Source of the DNA: Monocercomonoides exilis PA203
Lineage: Eukaryota; Protista; Preaxostyla
Length of the DNA stretch: 64,000 bases
Reading direction: 5' to 3'
NCBI GenBank assembly: GCA_001643675.2
Contig: LSRY02000015.1
Span: 310,001 to 374,000, forward strand
The notes under the pieces were generated by a model. The model searched no databases and was not told the DNA's origin. It was given only the letters and a program-made list of their open reading frames with translations. Positions 52,131 through 64,000 of this stretch are shown here, piece after piece; position 1 is the first letter of the stretch, and every line of letters starts with the position of its first letter. The position numbers and the translations under genes are program-made.

Positions 52131-55100
52131 TTAAAAAGGGACACCATTAATACAATTTTGAGATTCATTAATAGAAGAAGAGTCAAGAAGAAGCTCAAAT
52201 CTCCTTGAAAGAAGATCTTGAGAAGATTGAGAAAGAAGAGAAGAGTTAGATGATGTGATATCAGAGTGAAATGACTTTCTTGATCTTTGGACTTTTTCTT
52301 TCATTGTTGAAGATTCGAGGGCAACCAGAGAGCGTTGAGGAAGATATCCAACAGCTGAAGCACAGACAAATGAGCCTTTGCGCTCAAAATACAAATAGTC
52401 TTTCATGTGAGGTATTGAAAGTGATGGCCATGAGATTTGTTGAGATGGTACATATTCTTCAAAGTACCTCTCATGTTCAAAGCTATTGACAGATGTTGAA
52501 GATGGTGAAGAGTTTGATGATGATGTTGGGAAAATGTTTGATTGTGAAGTTGAAGAAGCTGATGTCGAAGTGTTCATATTGTTTTCGAAGAAGTTGATCA
52601 AATCATGAAGTGTGGTGATGTGTTCTGTCGAAAGATTGTTGTCGATTGCATTCACTAACGCACCAAATTCACTGTCACAGATATTTTTTCCATGGTGCTC
52701 AGCAAAGAAATTGAGTTGAGTGTTTTTCTTTTTTAGAAGTTTTGATTGTTTTGAGAGGATGAAGTGAAGAAGGAAGCGATTTCGGTTGTGTGGACCCGAA
52801 TCGCAGAAGAACTTAAAGGTGTGAGTGTCTGAGAAGAAGTGTCTTTTGATCACAGATTCCAGACACTCAATAACAAATCTGTGATCATTTGAGAGGCAGT
52901 CGGAGAAGAAGTTGAAAGTTCGTTTTATTTGTTGATTATTAATTTTTTGAAGAGAGATGATTGTGAATTGAGAAACCTGTTGATAGTTGAAGAATTCTTG
53001 TTGAAGTTGATTTTTTCGGATAGGGAGTTTCCATTTTTCTTTAAAGTCGAAGACGAAGACTGCTTCTCCCTCTTTCAAATTATCAACAGTTGATTGATAA
53101 TGTTTTCGTTGCATTTCTGCAACAAGACGATGTTGTCGAAGAAGTTTGAGTGTATGAAATTCGGCAGAAGAAAGTCCATTTTTATTTTGTGAAGACTTCA
53201 GTTTGTTTTCGAGATAGTTGAGTTTCTCGCACATTCCACAAAGATCTGTGCGTCTTTTCGCTTTGGAAAAGTTGGTAGTGAGTTTGTAGAAATGTGACAG
53301 AGAAACTTTGATGTTTGTTTCTTCTGTAAACTCACTCCATAATTTTGTTTTGGGCTTGAAGATTAATCTCTTTTCATTGGGAGAAAAGATGCCCGTTTTC
53401 TTTCTTTTATCTTTCAAAGCTTCCAATCCATAACTTGTTGAAATTGACGAAGAAAGTGGAAGAATGAAAGTTGAACGATGAGGTGGAGTGATGAATGGAG
53501 ACGATGATGATGATGTAGTCGTTGTTGTTGTGTTATTTGAAGTGTTTAAATTTGAAGTTTCTGAAGAAGATGATGAACCACCAAATTGAAGAGTTGACAG
53601 TGTTGGCTTTGTTTTTTCTTTTGAGTAGAAAGAAAGGGAAGGAGTGTAACCCTGGGAGTAAAGATCTTTCCATGAAGAACTCCATTTACCACTATCGAAT
53701 TCAGTCACTTCAGCATCATTGCAAATACTCCAAAAACTGTTGATACCACTCTTCCTTTTCACCACAGCTATATAATGTCCATTTCTTTGATCCAGACGTT
53801 TGTATAGTATTTGTCCAGAAAGATGATAAATAATCGTTTCCTTATTGCTCTCTTGAAGATGTTGAATGTTTTCTGTTGAAAACCCTTTGCAGAAAGTGCG
53901 CTGGTTAACACGATCTGTTTCAATCAGAAGCGTTCTCGAAGGAGCAGAACTAGTAGCATCAGTGCATTCATGACAGAGGGCTAGCACCTCTGGAAATGCA
54001 GCCATTTCCTCCCATCGAGCAGCACAGCATTTCTCTTCACATTCATCGCAATAAACATTGTTCTTTCCGTTCAATATCTCAGTAGAAAAGAGAGAAGATA
54101 GACCTTTATGAGGAGAAGATGAATTAATAACTACATTGTTGACAATTTCATTGAAACGTGATGAAATTTTTTGGCATTTTTGGCATTTGAAATGAGTGAT
54201 TAAAACAGGATTGAAGGTGTCCTTATTTATCAACTCATCTTTTTGAAGAAGTTGGTGAAGATTGTCAAATGCCTCAGCCACGTTTTGCTGCTGTCTGCTT
54301 CCATAGTTGCAGAAATCTTCCCATTTGTCAATAAGAGATGGGACCCATGAACGCACTGCCGTTCCATCTTTAGCCAGTTGTTGACAAACACTTATAACAC
54401 GCGAAGATGTGTTCTTCAAAGATGTTTGTTTTTTGAATAAAGATGGTTTTTGAATAGTTATTGAAGAGAAACATTGAAGAAGAGAAGCCAAATAGCATGT
54501 GTTGCCTAAGTTTGGCAATCCTTTTGTTATTTGTGATGTTTTGCTTGAAGAGTTTAATGAATTTGAAGAAGATTGAGAATGAGAAGAATTTTTTGTTGAA
54601 TTTTCTTTGGCATTCTTTTTTGAAATATTTTTTGAAGAATTATTTTGTGGAGATATTTCTTTATTTGAAGATTGAATGCTTTGTTGTTGAACTGTTGAAG
54701 TGTCATTCTCTTTAGAAAATGAAGAAAAGAGAGTTTGAAATGCTTGAGGTGGAATTAATGTGGGTGAAGTGGCATAATCAACTAATTGCTCACTCACAAA
54801 CACATTATCATTATGAAATGATGAAGAATTTATTTTTTCTTTCAATTTTTTTGTAATTGAAATTTGTGAAGAAGAAGTTTTTGATTTGAATATTTTGTGA
54901 ATTGGTATTGGAGATGGAGAAGAGTGACGTTTGTGATTTGAATTTTTATTTTGATTTTTTGTTGAACCCCTTTCTCTCCTTATTGGAGTACTGATAGGGG
55001 CATCAACGGCTTGAGATGGAGAAGAATTTGTTGAAGAAGAATTTTCATGTGAAATGGTTTCAGATTTTTTGTTGAGTTGAGATGATGTTGAAGAAGAAGA

Positions 55101-55838
55101 AGATTGTTTTTTATTTGAAGAAGAATTTTCCGTAATTATTTCTTCATCCCAAGCTGCTTCGTCAATATATCTGGCGTAATCTGGCTCAGCTCGCTGCTTT
55201 TTCTTTGCTGACTGAAGAGAAGTTGAGGCTTCAGTCGAATGGGCTAACATCCAGTTGTTGCCCTTTTCCCAGTCCTGTTCATTTAATCCTTAGAAAACAA
55301 TGAAAATAAATAAAAAAAAATTTTTGATAAAAACAAACAACTTTTGCAAGACGGAATGTGAGGTTTCTGAGGCGGAATGATAAATCCTTGGTTTTTTTTT
55401 AGCGTTTGCTTCGCGTAAATAAATTTTCCCTCTGTGACATCATATCCATAGTCCTGTAAATCGGACAATGATGTGTTGCGGGACAGCGCTTGTAGCATTG
55501 TTGTCTGAGTGTGCAACGGAGCGTTGTTGTACACCACAGACAGGTCTTCCAGCAGCTTCATGTGATATTCTGTTTTAAAAAAAAATAATTAATCAACAAA
55601 TCAAAAAGAAAAAAATCACAGAAAGGAAAAAATAATATTTTCTACACAATACAAAAAAATAAAAAACCAAACCATTCAAAGACTTCAGTAAATCATTTAT
55701 TACTGAAGATGATTGCCTGTAAGTGTAAAACAAATAGGCAAGCAACGAATCCACGTCATTTCCGCCTATTCGCTTTATTTCTTGCCATAGAACATTGCAT
55801 CGAGAATTTAATGTCGATTCGCGTTTAGAAAACGACAT
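52131..55838 (-). CDS. Intact USP-deubiquitinase / Sola2-like DDD transposase fusion, copy 2 (~1180 aa, 3 exons)
   Basis: Exons 55838-55673, 55569-55342 and 55288-52131 splice in frame (GT-AG). USP: GLPNLGNTCYLASLLQ, QQNVAE, CQKC...CDEC, GHYIAVV, CND. Transposase: KRLIF...LWSEF...VSLSHFYKL, CGMC, VFDFKEK, CDSGPHNRN, EHHGKNICDSEFG. Confidence 0.9.
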
Positions 55839-56143
55839 TTTTCTCTAATAAATGTTTTCTTATGGTTAATCACAATCATTCTAAAAAAAATTTTTTTTAA
55901 TTTAAAAAAATATGTATTGTTATTTTTTCATTATTAGACTATTTCCAAAATCGTATAAAAAATTTTTAACGTGATTTGAATTAGTAAAAAAAATATAAAA
56001 AAATCTCTTTTCAGAAAAAAATTTAAAAATATTATGAATACTTTTATTGAAGTTTTATTGAAAATTCATCACATAAATGAATATGTCTTATGAAAAAAAT
56101 CATTCTCATATAAAAATATTTTAAAAAATATTAAATATCTTTC

Positions 56144-56341
56144 TTGAATGAAAAAAAAAATCCAACCCTTTATTTTATTTTTTTTGCGAAAAAAAGATCA
56201 AAAAAATAAGCTGTAAAGGGCGAAAATTGCAGGTAGAAGAATGCAGTTTTTTGGCAATAGATGAAGTTAAAATTGTGAAAGCAATCATTTTATGCAAAAA
56301 AAAGACCCCTGAGGATTCTGTCATTTCAGTCATTTTCATTG
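56144..56341 (+). repeat. Internal ~200-bp copy of the repeat arm, located between the divergent genes
   Basis: Inverted relative to 51060-51257 and direct relative to 58804-58979. Confidence 0.95.
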
Positions 56342-56491
56342 TTTCATTGAAAAATTCTCGTTTTTGATTATCACATTTTCTCGATAAATAATAAGATTTT
56401 GAACTTTATTTTAAAAACATAGATCATAATTAATTTTAAGATTAATAGTTTTATTTTATTTTATTTTAAAAATTATATCAATGAAAATCTG

Positions 56492-58389
56492 ATGTGTCCC
56501 ATTCATCGGAATTCTTCAATGTCTTGTCAGAAGTTGTCTTACTCTCGATCTTCTCGGATTCATTCAAGCTTGCGGAAAAGCAGTATCATGAATGATGTTG
56601 ATTCATTATCAAACTTTTTTGGACAAATGTCGATTGATCATGCGAATAAAGTGCTCTTTGAGTTTTTTTGCAAATCTTCAAACGGAAATATTTTTCTGAA
56701 TAATCTAATGAAAAATTTTGGATGTTTGTTTCTTGTTTTATTTTTTGTTTCTTTGTTTTTGTTTTATTTAACATTTAATTTCTTTATTATTATTTTTTTT
56801 TTTATATTTTTTATATTCATTTAAAAATAAGCACCATTACACAAAATCGTACAGAAGATGAAGCTCCCTTTCAATGAATCGAACCCGCATATCCAAGAAA
56901 AAATGCTGCTGTGCCTGACTGAATGGTTTTCACAACAAGAACTTGAGCAGGATTTTTCTTACAGAATCAAATGCATTGGAGATAATATGATGGAGTGTGA
57001 AAAAGAAAAATCGACAAATTTGACATTACGGAAGCCGTCTTCAACTTCATGTTGCAGTGTCATTTCTTCAGACGAAGATGAGGCTGCTGATCAAATGTAT
57101 GAAGAAGAAGAAAGTGATGAGGAAGAGTCAGAGAGTGATGAAGATTTTATGAAAAGAAAAGAAAAGAAATGCAATGATATTAAAGGAGGAAAGATGGAAA
57201 TAGAACTCGAGGTTTGTTTTTTTTTATTTTTTTTGAACTTGCCTGATTCATTTTGACAGGCAAATCAATAATTTTTTGATAAATTTTTTTGTGTGTTGTT
57301 CAGAAGCGACAGACACCAATTGAAGCTTTAGGAAATCCTTTTTCCATTTTATCAACAGTTCCTCAGATTGGAAGTTTTTTTCAATTTCCTCCTTCTTTGC
57401 TATTCCCGACTCGACCTTGTGCAAAAGAATCTCGCTCATATGTTCAAGTGTTGTGTGATTGTGGAAGGGAATTGTTCAATTTTGGAGCGTCGTGTGCCTT
57501 GGCATCAGTTTGCCAGTGTTTGGCTTCATTTGGGGTGACTTGCGACGTCAAAAGGAAGCGTGGAGGGGCATTTATTTTTGGAAGACTGTTCAGAGCAATC
57601 CGTTCATACAGCGTGACCAGTAAAATCTGGGGAACGAAATCATTCAAATCATTCATCGAAAGAAATGGTGGGAGCATTACTGATCCAATGGGAATTACAA
57701 CAGCTTATAATTCTGTTTTGAACAGTGCAGCAACGGAGGGGTGCAATATCAAGAAGGATTTCACTGTGAAGCAGTCATCATTCAAATTGTGTGGGAGTTG
57801 CAATCATGTTCGTGTTCACAATCAGTGCCCTTCACTGTATGTGGCAATTCATCATCCATCAATAATTGAGGGGCTGAATCAATATTTAACAGCGACGGAG
57901 CAAACGGTTGATAAAGAATTTTGTATTGATTCTTACTGTGGGAGGAGAACAGTTTTTTGGCAATGGAATCAAATAGACAGATTTCCCAAGATTCTTTCCA
58001 TCTATCACAGTTTTAAAGATCATTGTCCATTAATTCCGCCTCCAAAAACTATAACTTTCAACGGAAATGGATCGACTCCAAAATCAATGGTGGTGAAACC
58101 TGGCTCAGCGAAACAACAGACATATGATTCGTTCAACTTTCCTCAGACAGAGTTTTCCTTCATTGGTTATATCCTTCATTCTATGAAGCCTTTGCCTATT
58201 GGACATTTTATTGCAGTTGTCGTTGATGGAATAGATGAATCAACTGGGGAGCTAAGACTGTTGGAGTGCAACGATGGACTAGTCTCACGTGTGAATTCGA
58301 AGTTCTTCGATGCATATTGGAAAGCGATGGCAAATGAAGGATGGAGCGGAGCAATGTGCTTTTGCAGAATAAACCAAACGATTGAATAA
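56492..58389 (+). CDS. Stand-alone USP-like cysteine protease sharing the N-terminal domain of the fusion transposase (3 exons, ~565 aa)
   Basis: Exons 56492-56723, 56832-57211 and 57304-58389 splice in frame. Cys box LFNFGASCALASVCQCL, CGSC...CIDSYC, FPKILSIYH, GHFIAVV and ECNDG. FNESNPHIQEKMLLCL...ELEQDFSY resembles YNNAPLHTQTTMLQAL...DLQDYGY of copy 2. Confidence 0.75.
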
Positions 58390-58803
58390 TTTGTTATTTA
58401 TTTATTTTTATTTTTTTTTTTTATTTGAAGTTCTCTTTTTTATTTGTTTCTCTCTTTTTTAACATTTCAGTTAATTTTCATTTTTTTTTATTTTTGTTTC
58501 CTTTTCAATGAAGTTCTCAAAAAACCAAATTTTTTTGACTCTAATTTTTTTTCATTTGATATTATTCTTCTGAAATAAAAAATTGTTTGAAATCTTAGAA
58601 AATTGAAGGAAAAAAATAAAAAATAAACAAAATACAAGAAACTCAAAAAAACAGACTTTTGATTAAAGTAAACATTTTCATTATAAACATCTGATAACTC
58701 TTCACAAATCAAATTATTAACAATAACATTGCATAATATATTAAAAAAATAACAAATCATCAAGTATGAATATTCATTAATTTCAATGAATTTGAAGATC
58801 ATG

Positions 58804-59259
58804 CCCTTTATTTTATTTTTTTTGCGAAAAAAAGATCAAAAAAATAAGCTGTAAAGGGCGAAAATTGCAGGTAGAAGAATGCAGTTTTTTGGCAATAGAT
58901 GAAGTTAAAATTGTGAAAGCAATCATTTTATGCAAAAAAAAGACCCCTGAGGATTCTGTCATTTCAGTCATTTTCATTGATTGGACGAAGAAACAGAGCT
59001 TTTGTTCTTCGAATACGGCGTTTTAAAATCTGAAAAAAATCGTTTGCTAACTCTTATTGCACGCACAACAACAAAATGTACATTTCAATTTTTTTTTCTG
59101 ATATTTGTTTTTTTACGATTAACACTCAAGAATTCAAAAAGATATGGTTCTGATTAAAGCTGGAGTTTTGTTTCTTTCATTTTTTCAAAACCACTTTCTT
59201 TTCGAACTTTTTACAGGTTTGTTTTAAACTTTCTATTTTGTAATATTTATGATAATATT
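58804..59259 (+). repeat. Right inverted-repeat arm (pairs with 50781-51236)
   Basis: Reads as the reverse complement of the left arm over ~390 bp, then becomes degenerate. Confidence 0.95.
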
Positions 59260-61169
59260 ACAGTTTTTTCATTATGTTGGAAAACTGCTCAGTTTGCTTC
59301 CTTTTCAAAGAAAAGGAACCTTGCTTATTGATCATTTGACAAATCTTCTCGTTGGCGAGCATCATAATGAGAAAGGAGCAGATTATTATATAGTCATTGG
59401 GAATCAAATAAAGTTACGGAAGATACATGATATTTGGTGCAAGAGATGAAAACAAATTTGGCTGATGTTTCATTGAATGAAGACAAAAGAGGATGGAATT
59501 CTGTGAAGGACAAAATCTGCACAATATTATATAGCATTTTGGAATGTTAGGCAGGGAGAGCAGTTTGGGGTATTTTTTTTGGCAAGGAAAGTGGCTGGCA
59601 ATATCAAGGGAAGGATATTTATCACAAAAAAGGCAACAATTCATTGGAAAAAAGAAGAACCCTAAAATATAGGTTATATTTAAAAGGTTTTCCTGTTGCT
59701 CAGACTGGGAAGACAGACATGGAAAGCGACGAAATTCTATTTCTGATTCCGCAATTGCTTCAAAAGAGTGGAGAACAGCCAACAACGAGACATTCAATTA
59801 TTGAATACTTTTCGGACATCAAACAATTTTTTGACCAGCTGCATCTGAATTCTGCTCTGAAACAATTTTTTAATTTTTGCGAACCACAAGCTTGACATTG
59901 ATAATTTGGTGTTTCTGTTTGCCAAACATTCATTTGACCATCAAATGCATCTTCTCTTGCAATTCCTCCTCCTCTTCTTTTTCCTGGATATCTGTGTCTT
60001 CTCCGTTGCGTGCCAATCTCTTCAAGGGTAATCTCGAACTGAACAACCTGGCGAATGCGAATTCTCAACTCTTTTCAATTGCGGCAGGTGCATGTAATCA
60101 GAGCACATTCAGCATGCTTCTCATCAACTATCACTCTTCTTTCACCATTCCTTATCTCTGCCTTCTCACATTTTTCCCTTCGCTGATTGCAAGATCCTCC
60201 TCTTTGTGTTCTTCCAGCTTGCCTCGATGCAGCTATTTCCTCTTCATTTTGTGAATGTGTTCACAAGCAGAGTTTTGTTGCAGCTCATTGGGAAGAGTGA
60301 GAAGTGTGAATGAGAGAGAGGGAGGGAGGGAAAAGAATAAAGGAAGGAAGTTGATCAGGGAGGTGGTTTTTGGATTTGATAATTAGGATGCCACCGTAGA
60401 AGAAGAGGAAGAGAAGAAAGAAAATTGAATCGATGATGATTAATTTGTTTCAATTCAAAACACTGGGACTGAAGCATTCAAAGGCATGAATTAATATATT
60501 TACAATTTTTTTTTTATTATTTTCTTTTGATTTTTGTGTGAAATAATGTGTATCCTCTTTTTTTAGTCTTGATGGAAGCCCGACGAATAGAAACATTTGT
60601 GCACACTTCTGCCTCTTCTTCGACTTCTTCGTTTGTGTTCTCTACAGGGATAGTCATTGGGACAGACGACATAGCACAGCTAAAGGCACTACCACAGGAA
60701 GATATACCGACTGATGTTGGGCTGCAGATGTGTGGAACATGGGAGCGGAGTATGTGCGCGTCCCTGGTTGTGAAGCATGTGTTCCAGCCGCTGTCGATGC
60801 AACTGAATGCGCCAGCAGGAATAATGATATCTTCGTTTGTTGCAGTGGTGCTGATGGTGCGCGTATGTGGAGAGGCGCTGCACCCTGCAGCACCTGGTCA
60901 ATTCCATTACGCAACGATCTTTTGAGCGCATGGGGTTGCAGAGTATCTGGAGGCAGTGACGCACATAATATTGGCTGATCTATTTTTTGGTGAAGGTGAT
61001 GTTGATGCCAAATGTTGTGCTGTCATGTGATCTGTCTGTGATGGCGGCGTATTTCGTGGTGGGGAAGGGGGGAATCACCTGAAAGAGAAGCTGATGAAGT
61101 TCAGTGGTATCTGTCCATTGCGATTCCACTACTGAAAAGAGCATATTGTGGAGATGATGATAATGGAGA

Positions 61170-62592
61170 TTGCGGAAGTTCAAAGTGCAGGAGTCGATTG
61201 GGCTGTTTGAGTTGTGGGAGGCAGAACGGGCATTGTCGGGGAAGCAGGAGCTGCGGAGGCGGTGTGCAGCTGGGGAAGCAGAAGGGATGTCGCCGACGCT
61301 GCTTCTGAAGTCGCGGGGGGAGTTCTTTAAGGAATCGGAGCTTTCGTGCCTGACGACGGTGCAGAAGAAGATGAATGTGGGGGAAGGGTACAAGGTGTCA
61401 GTGATGCTGCGGGAGGACGAGAAGGAGCGGGAGCGGAGGGAAGGGGCAGTGAAGATGCGGGAGACAAGACGGGGGCTGAACCGAAAGCTGGGAGAGAAGA
61501 ACGCGAAGAGGAGGGCAATGGAGATGAGCGAGACGATGCTTGCGAGGCAGAGGAGAGAAGAAGCGAGGATAAAGTTCTATTTGGAGCAGAGGCAGAAAGG
61601 GCGAGTGTGGAGGGGAGATGGGTGGGGTGTGGAAGAGCATGCGAGAAGACGATCAGAAGCAGAAGCAGACGACGGAAGAGAGGAAGGGGAAGAGGGGAGA
61701 AGAAGGAGAAGAAGGAGAAAGGAGAGAAGGCAGCGAGAATTGCGGCAGGATGGAGGATGAGAGAGGAGAATGAAAGGAGGCAGAGGGAAGAACAAAGATT
61801 GGAAGAGGAAGGAGAGATGAGGAGTTTGAGGAGGATTTTGAGGGAGAGACGCCGAGAGGGAGAAGGTTTGGAAAAGGGGTGGAGAAAAGGGCGTCTGCAT
61901 CTGCAACTGCGAAAAATCAAAAGGAGATGATATTTCTGTATTCGCAGCCATTCAATGTTTTCATCGTTAATCCGCACCGAATGGAGGAGAGGATGGTGCT
62001 GAGGGATTCTGTACAGTCAGGAGAAGAGGAGGAGACGTTGCAAGTGGATGACGATGAACATTGCCACAGCCTCCGCCAACAACACTACTACCACCGCCAT
62101 CATATTTTGAGATACGAGCGGACTAGCGATAGCGAAGATGCAAATGAGAGTGGAAATGAAGATGGAGAAGACAGAAGTGGAGATGAAAAAGAAAGTGGAA
62201 CGGGAGAGAGCATGGAGCATGAAGAGCAGGGTGGAGCGAGGCAGAGCAGAATGACGAAAGAAGCGGAAAAGGAAACACAGCAAAAAGACCAAGACAATGT
62301 CCAGGACGAGGGGCACGGGGATGAAGGGGAGAAGGAGCGAGAGAAATTTGAGGGGGAAGCTGAAGCACAAAATGGATCCACAGGAGACGGATTAGGAGAG
62401 CCGCTGCAGGCAACGTCTCCGAGCTCACCAGAACTGGATGAGCTTGAGCCATATCGCTTCCATCCGCGGCCAGTGCGGCACAAAGCAAGCGAAGAGAAGG
62501 GGCAGCGTCTTTCATTTATCACGACATTGGAGCCATCGGCAGCCACAGTATCTCATTTTCTGTTTGGCTCGCTGACATCGTGGACAAGTTGA
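61170..62592 (+). pseudogene. Fragmented charged/low-complexity hypothetical gene
   Basis: ORF pieces 61170-61760 and 61879-62592 with E/R-rich composition; no domain recognised. Confidence 0.3.
61181..61546 (+). repeat. 366-bp block; inverted copy of 49562-49927
   Basis: Reverse-complement match with identical translation. Confidence 0.95.
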
Positions 62593-64000
62593 TTTGGCGT
62601 GGAGCCGAAGATAGGACTTGGGGCATCAGATGGATGAAAGAGCGGAGGAGAAGGCCAAGAGCGTTGGACAGAGAGAACGAGCGGAGAGCAGACGGAAAGA
62701 AGTGATGGGTTCGGGGGATGTCCCACTTCTGCGCCTGAGCCAGGTGAAGCGGGCTGAGAAATCGCATCGGGAAAAGAGAGGAACGCCAGAATGCAGAAGG
62801 GCACTGACGCCAATGCGGGAGAGGGAGAAATTTCAACAAAAACGAGGCAGAAACAGACATGATAAAAACAACAGTTGGGAGTTTTTTCGCACACGTATTG
62901 TTCATAAGCTGCTTCGAACATAACTTTCCACAGCGACATGCACATTTTCAGATCAATAGACAATTTCACTTATATTTTGAGTTTTTCTTATCTCGATAGT
63001 GGAATTTGAATCTACACAGAACAAATGCTTGAAATAATCTGAAAACGCGAACTTATAAACTTTTTCTTTTGCAAATACGAGCCAATTGAGCAGGCATTAT
63101 CAATCATTTTTCCTGCGCACCTGTCTTTCTCACATTGCTCCCACCTTTTGCTCTCCTTGAGCATTTTACTGCATCTGATATCGAAGGCATTGCTGAACAT
63201 ATGGGGAATTAATGGAAGAACACTCTTTTTAAACTCGCCAACGACAGCATTTCTGTTGGCTCTGCTGACAGACGCTCTTTCACAACCTCTTCAAGATTCC
63301 ACCACTTATCTCCCATCCTCGGCCTCTTCATATTACCGATCTCCCTCCATGTCGCGTCCACTCAAATTCGCCAAACAATATTTTCAGCATCGCATGCACC
63401 TGCATCGTCTACTCAATTGAAAACTCTATCTCCTTCTTTGTTTCATGTTTTAAACGTCTTGCTTAAAGAAGAGGAAGTTGCAAAAAAGGTTGTTAGAACA
63501 CAATGTTTCAAATTAAAACGTGAACCGAATGCCGTTATCAAAGATAGGCAAAGTGAACACATCTCGGAGAGGGAAAAATAATTTCTGAGCTGTGGAGAAT
63601 AGGAGCAATGAATATATATAAATGTGTATGAATCAATGTTTGATAAGAATAAGAAGAAGAAGAGAAGAAGGAGGTGGAAGGAGCAGCAGAAAGAGAGATA
63701 TTGAACGTAGAAGAAGTGTATGAAGCTTGCAGCAGCTCTGGATAATATACACATCAAGCTTGCTTATTGGTGCGAGAAGATAGCAAATCTTGAAGAATAC
63801 GCACTGAAAAAGGAAGAAAGAAGCATTGCTGGACAGCTGGATATGGAAGTGACATGGGAGAGATGGAAAAAATGGATGATGGCTTGCTTTCGAGCAGAAG
63901 AAACAGAAAAGAAGAGACGGAGGAGGATGGGGATATGGCTTGATATCAGAGGGATTGGTATAAAAATTGGCGTCATGGGCGAAACGGGAACAATTTTGAG

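Noticed and set aside
56166-58810. piggyBac-like CCCTT termini of the repeat arm
   Set aside because: They are preceded by CCAA and CATG rather than TTAA, and no piggyBac transposase is present.
59280-59895. Possible MAPK-like kinase remnant (YLVQEMKTNL...ILYSIL)
   Set aside because: No catalytic motifs; the similarity is too weak to call.

Overview
AT-rich, intron-containing eukaryotic DNA in the standard genetic code. The gene style (a giant beta-helix/GGA-repeat receptor pseudokinase, Ser-rich low-complexity ORFs, short AT-rich introns) resembles the oxymonad Monocercomonoides; this is an inference. From 1 to 15.4 kb the window holds a decayed DIRS-type tyrosine-recombinase retrotransposon, a disrupted receptor-like TKL pseudokinase and a decayed pogo/DDE_1 transposase. 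From 15.9 to 35 kb it holds apparently intact host genes: a ZNF474-like C2HC zinc finger, a Maf-like pyrophosphatase, Enhancer of polycomb-like, exportin-7-like, a second C2HC protein and a transmembrane pseudokinase. From 35 to 64 kb is an accessory zone of gene debris containing the most striking system. It is a Sola2-like DDD transposase with a complete ubiquitin-specific protease (USP/C19) domain inserted into it, present as an intact copy (52131-55838, minus) and a diverged pseudogenised copy (39627-43491, plus) with the same two intron positions. Divergently transcribed from the intact copy is a stand-alone USP paralogue (56492-58389) that shares the N-terminal domain but lacks the transposase core. 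A strand-specific ~138-nt RNA fold starts just after the transposase stop codon. Nested inverted repeats of ~200, ~390-450 and 366 bp enclose the cassette.
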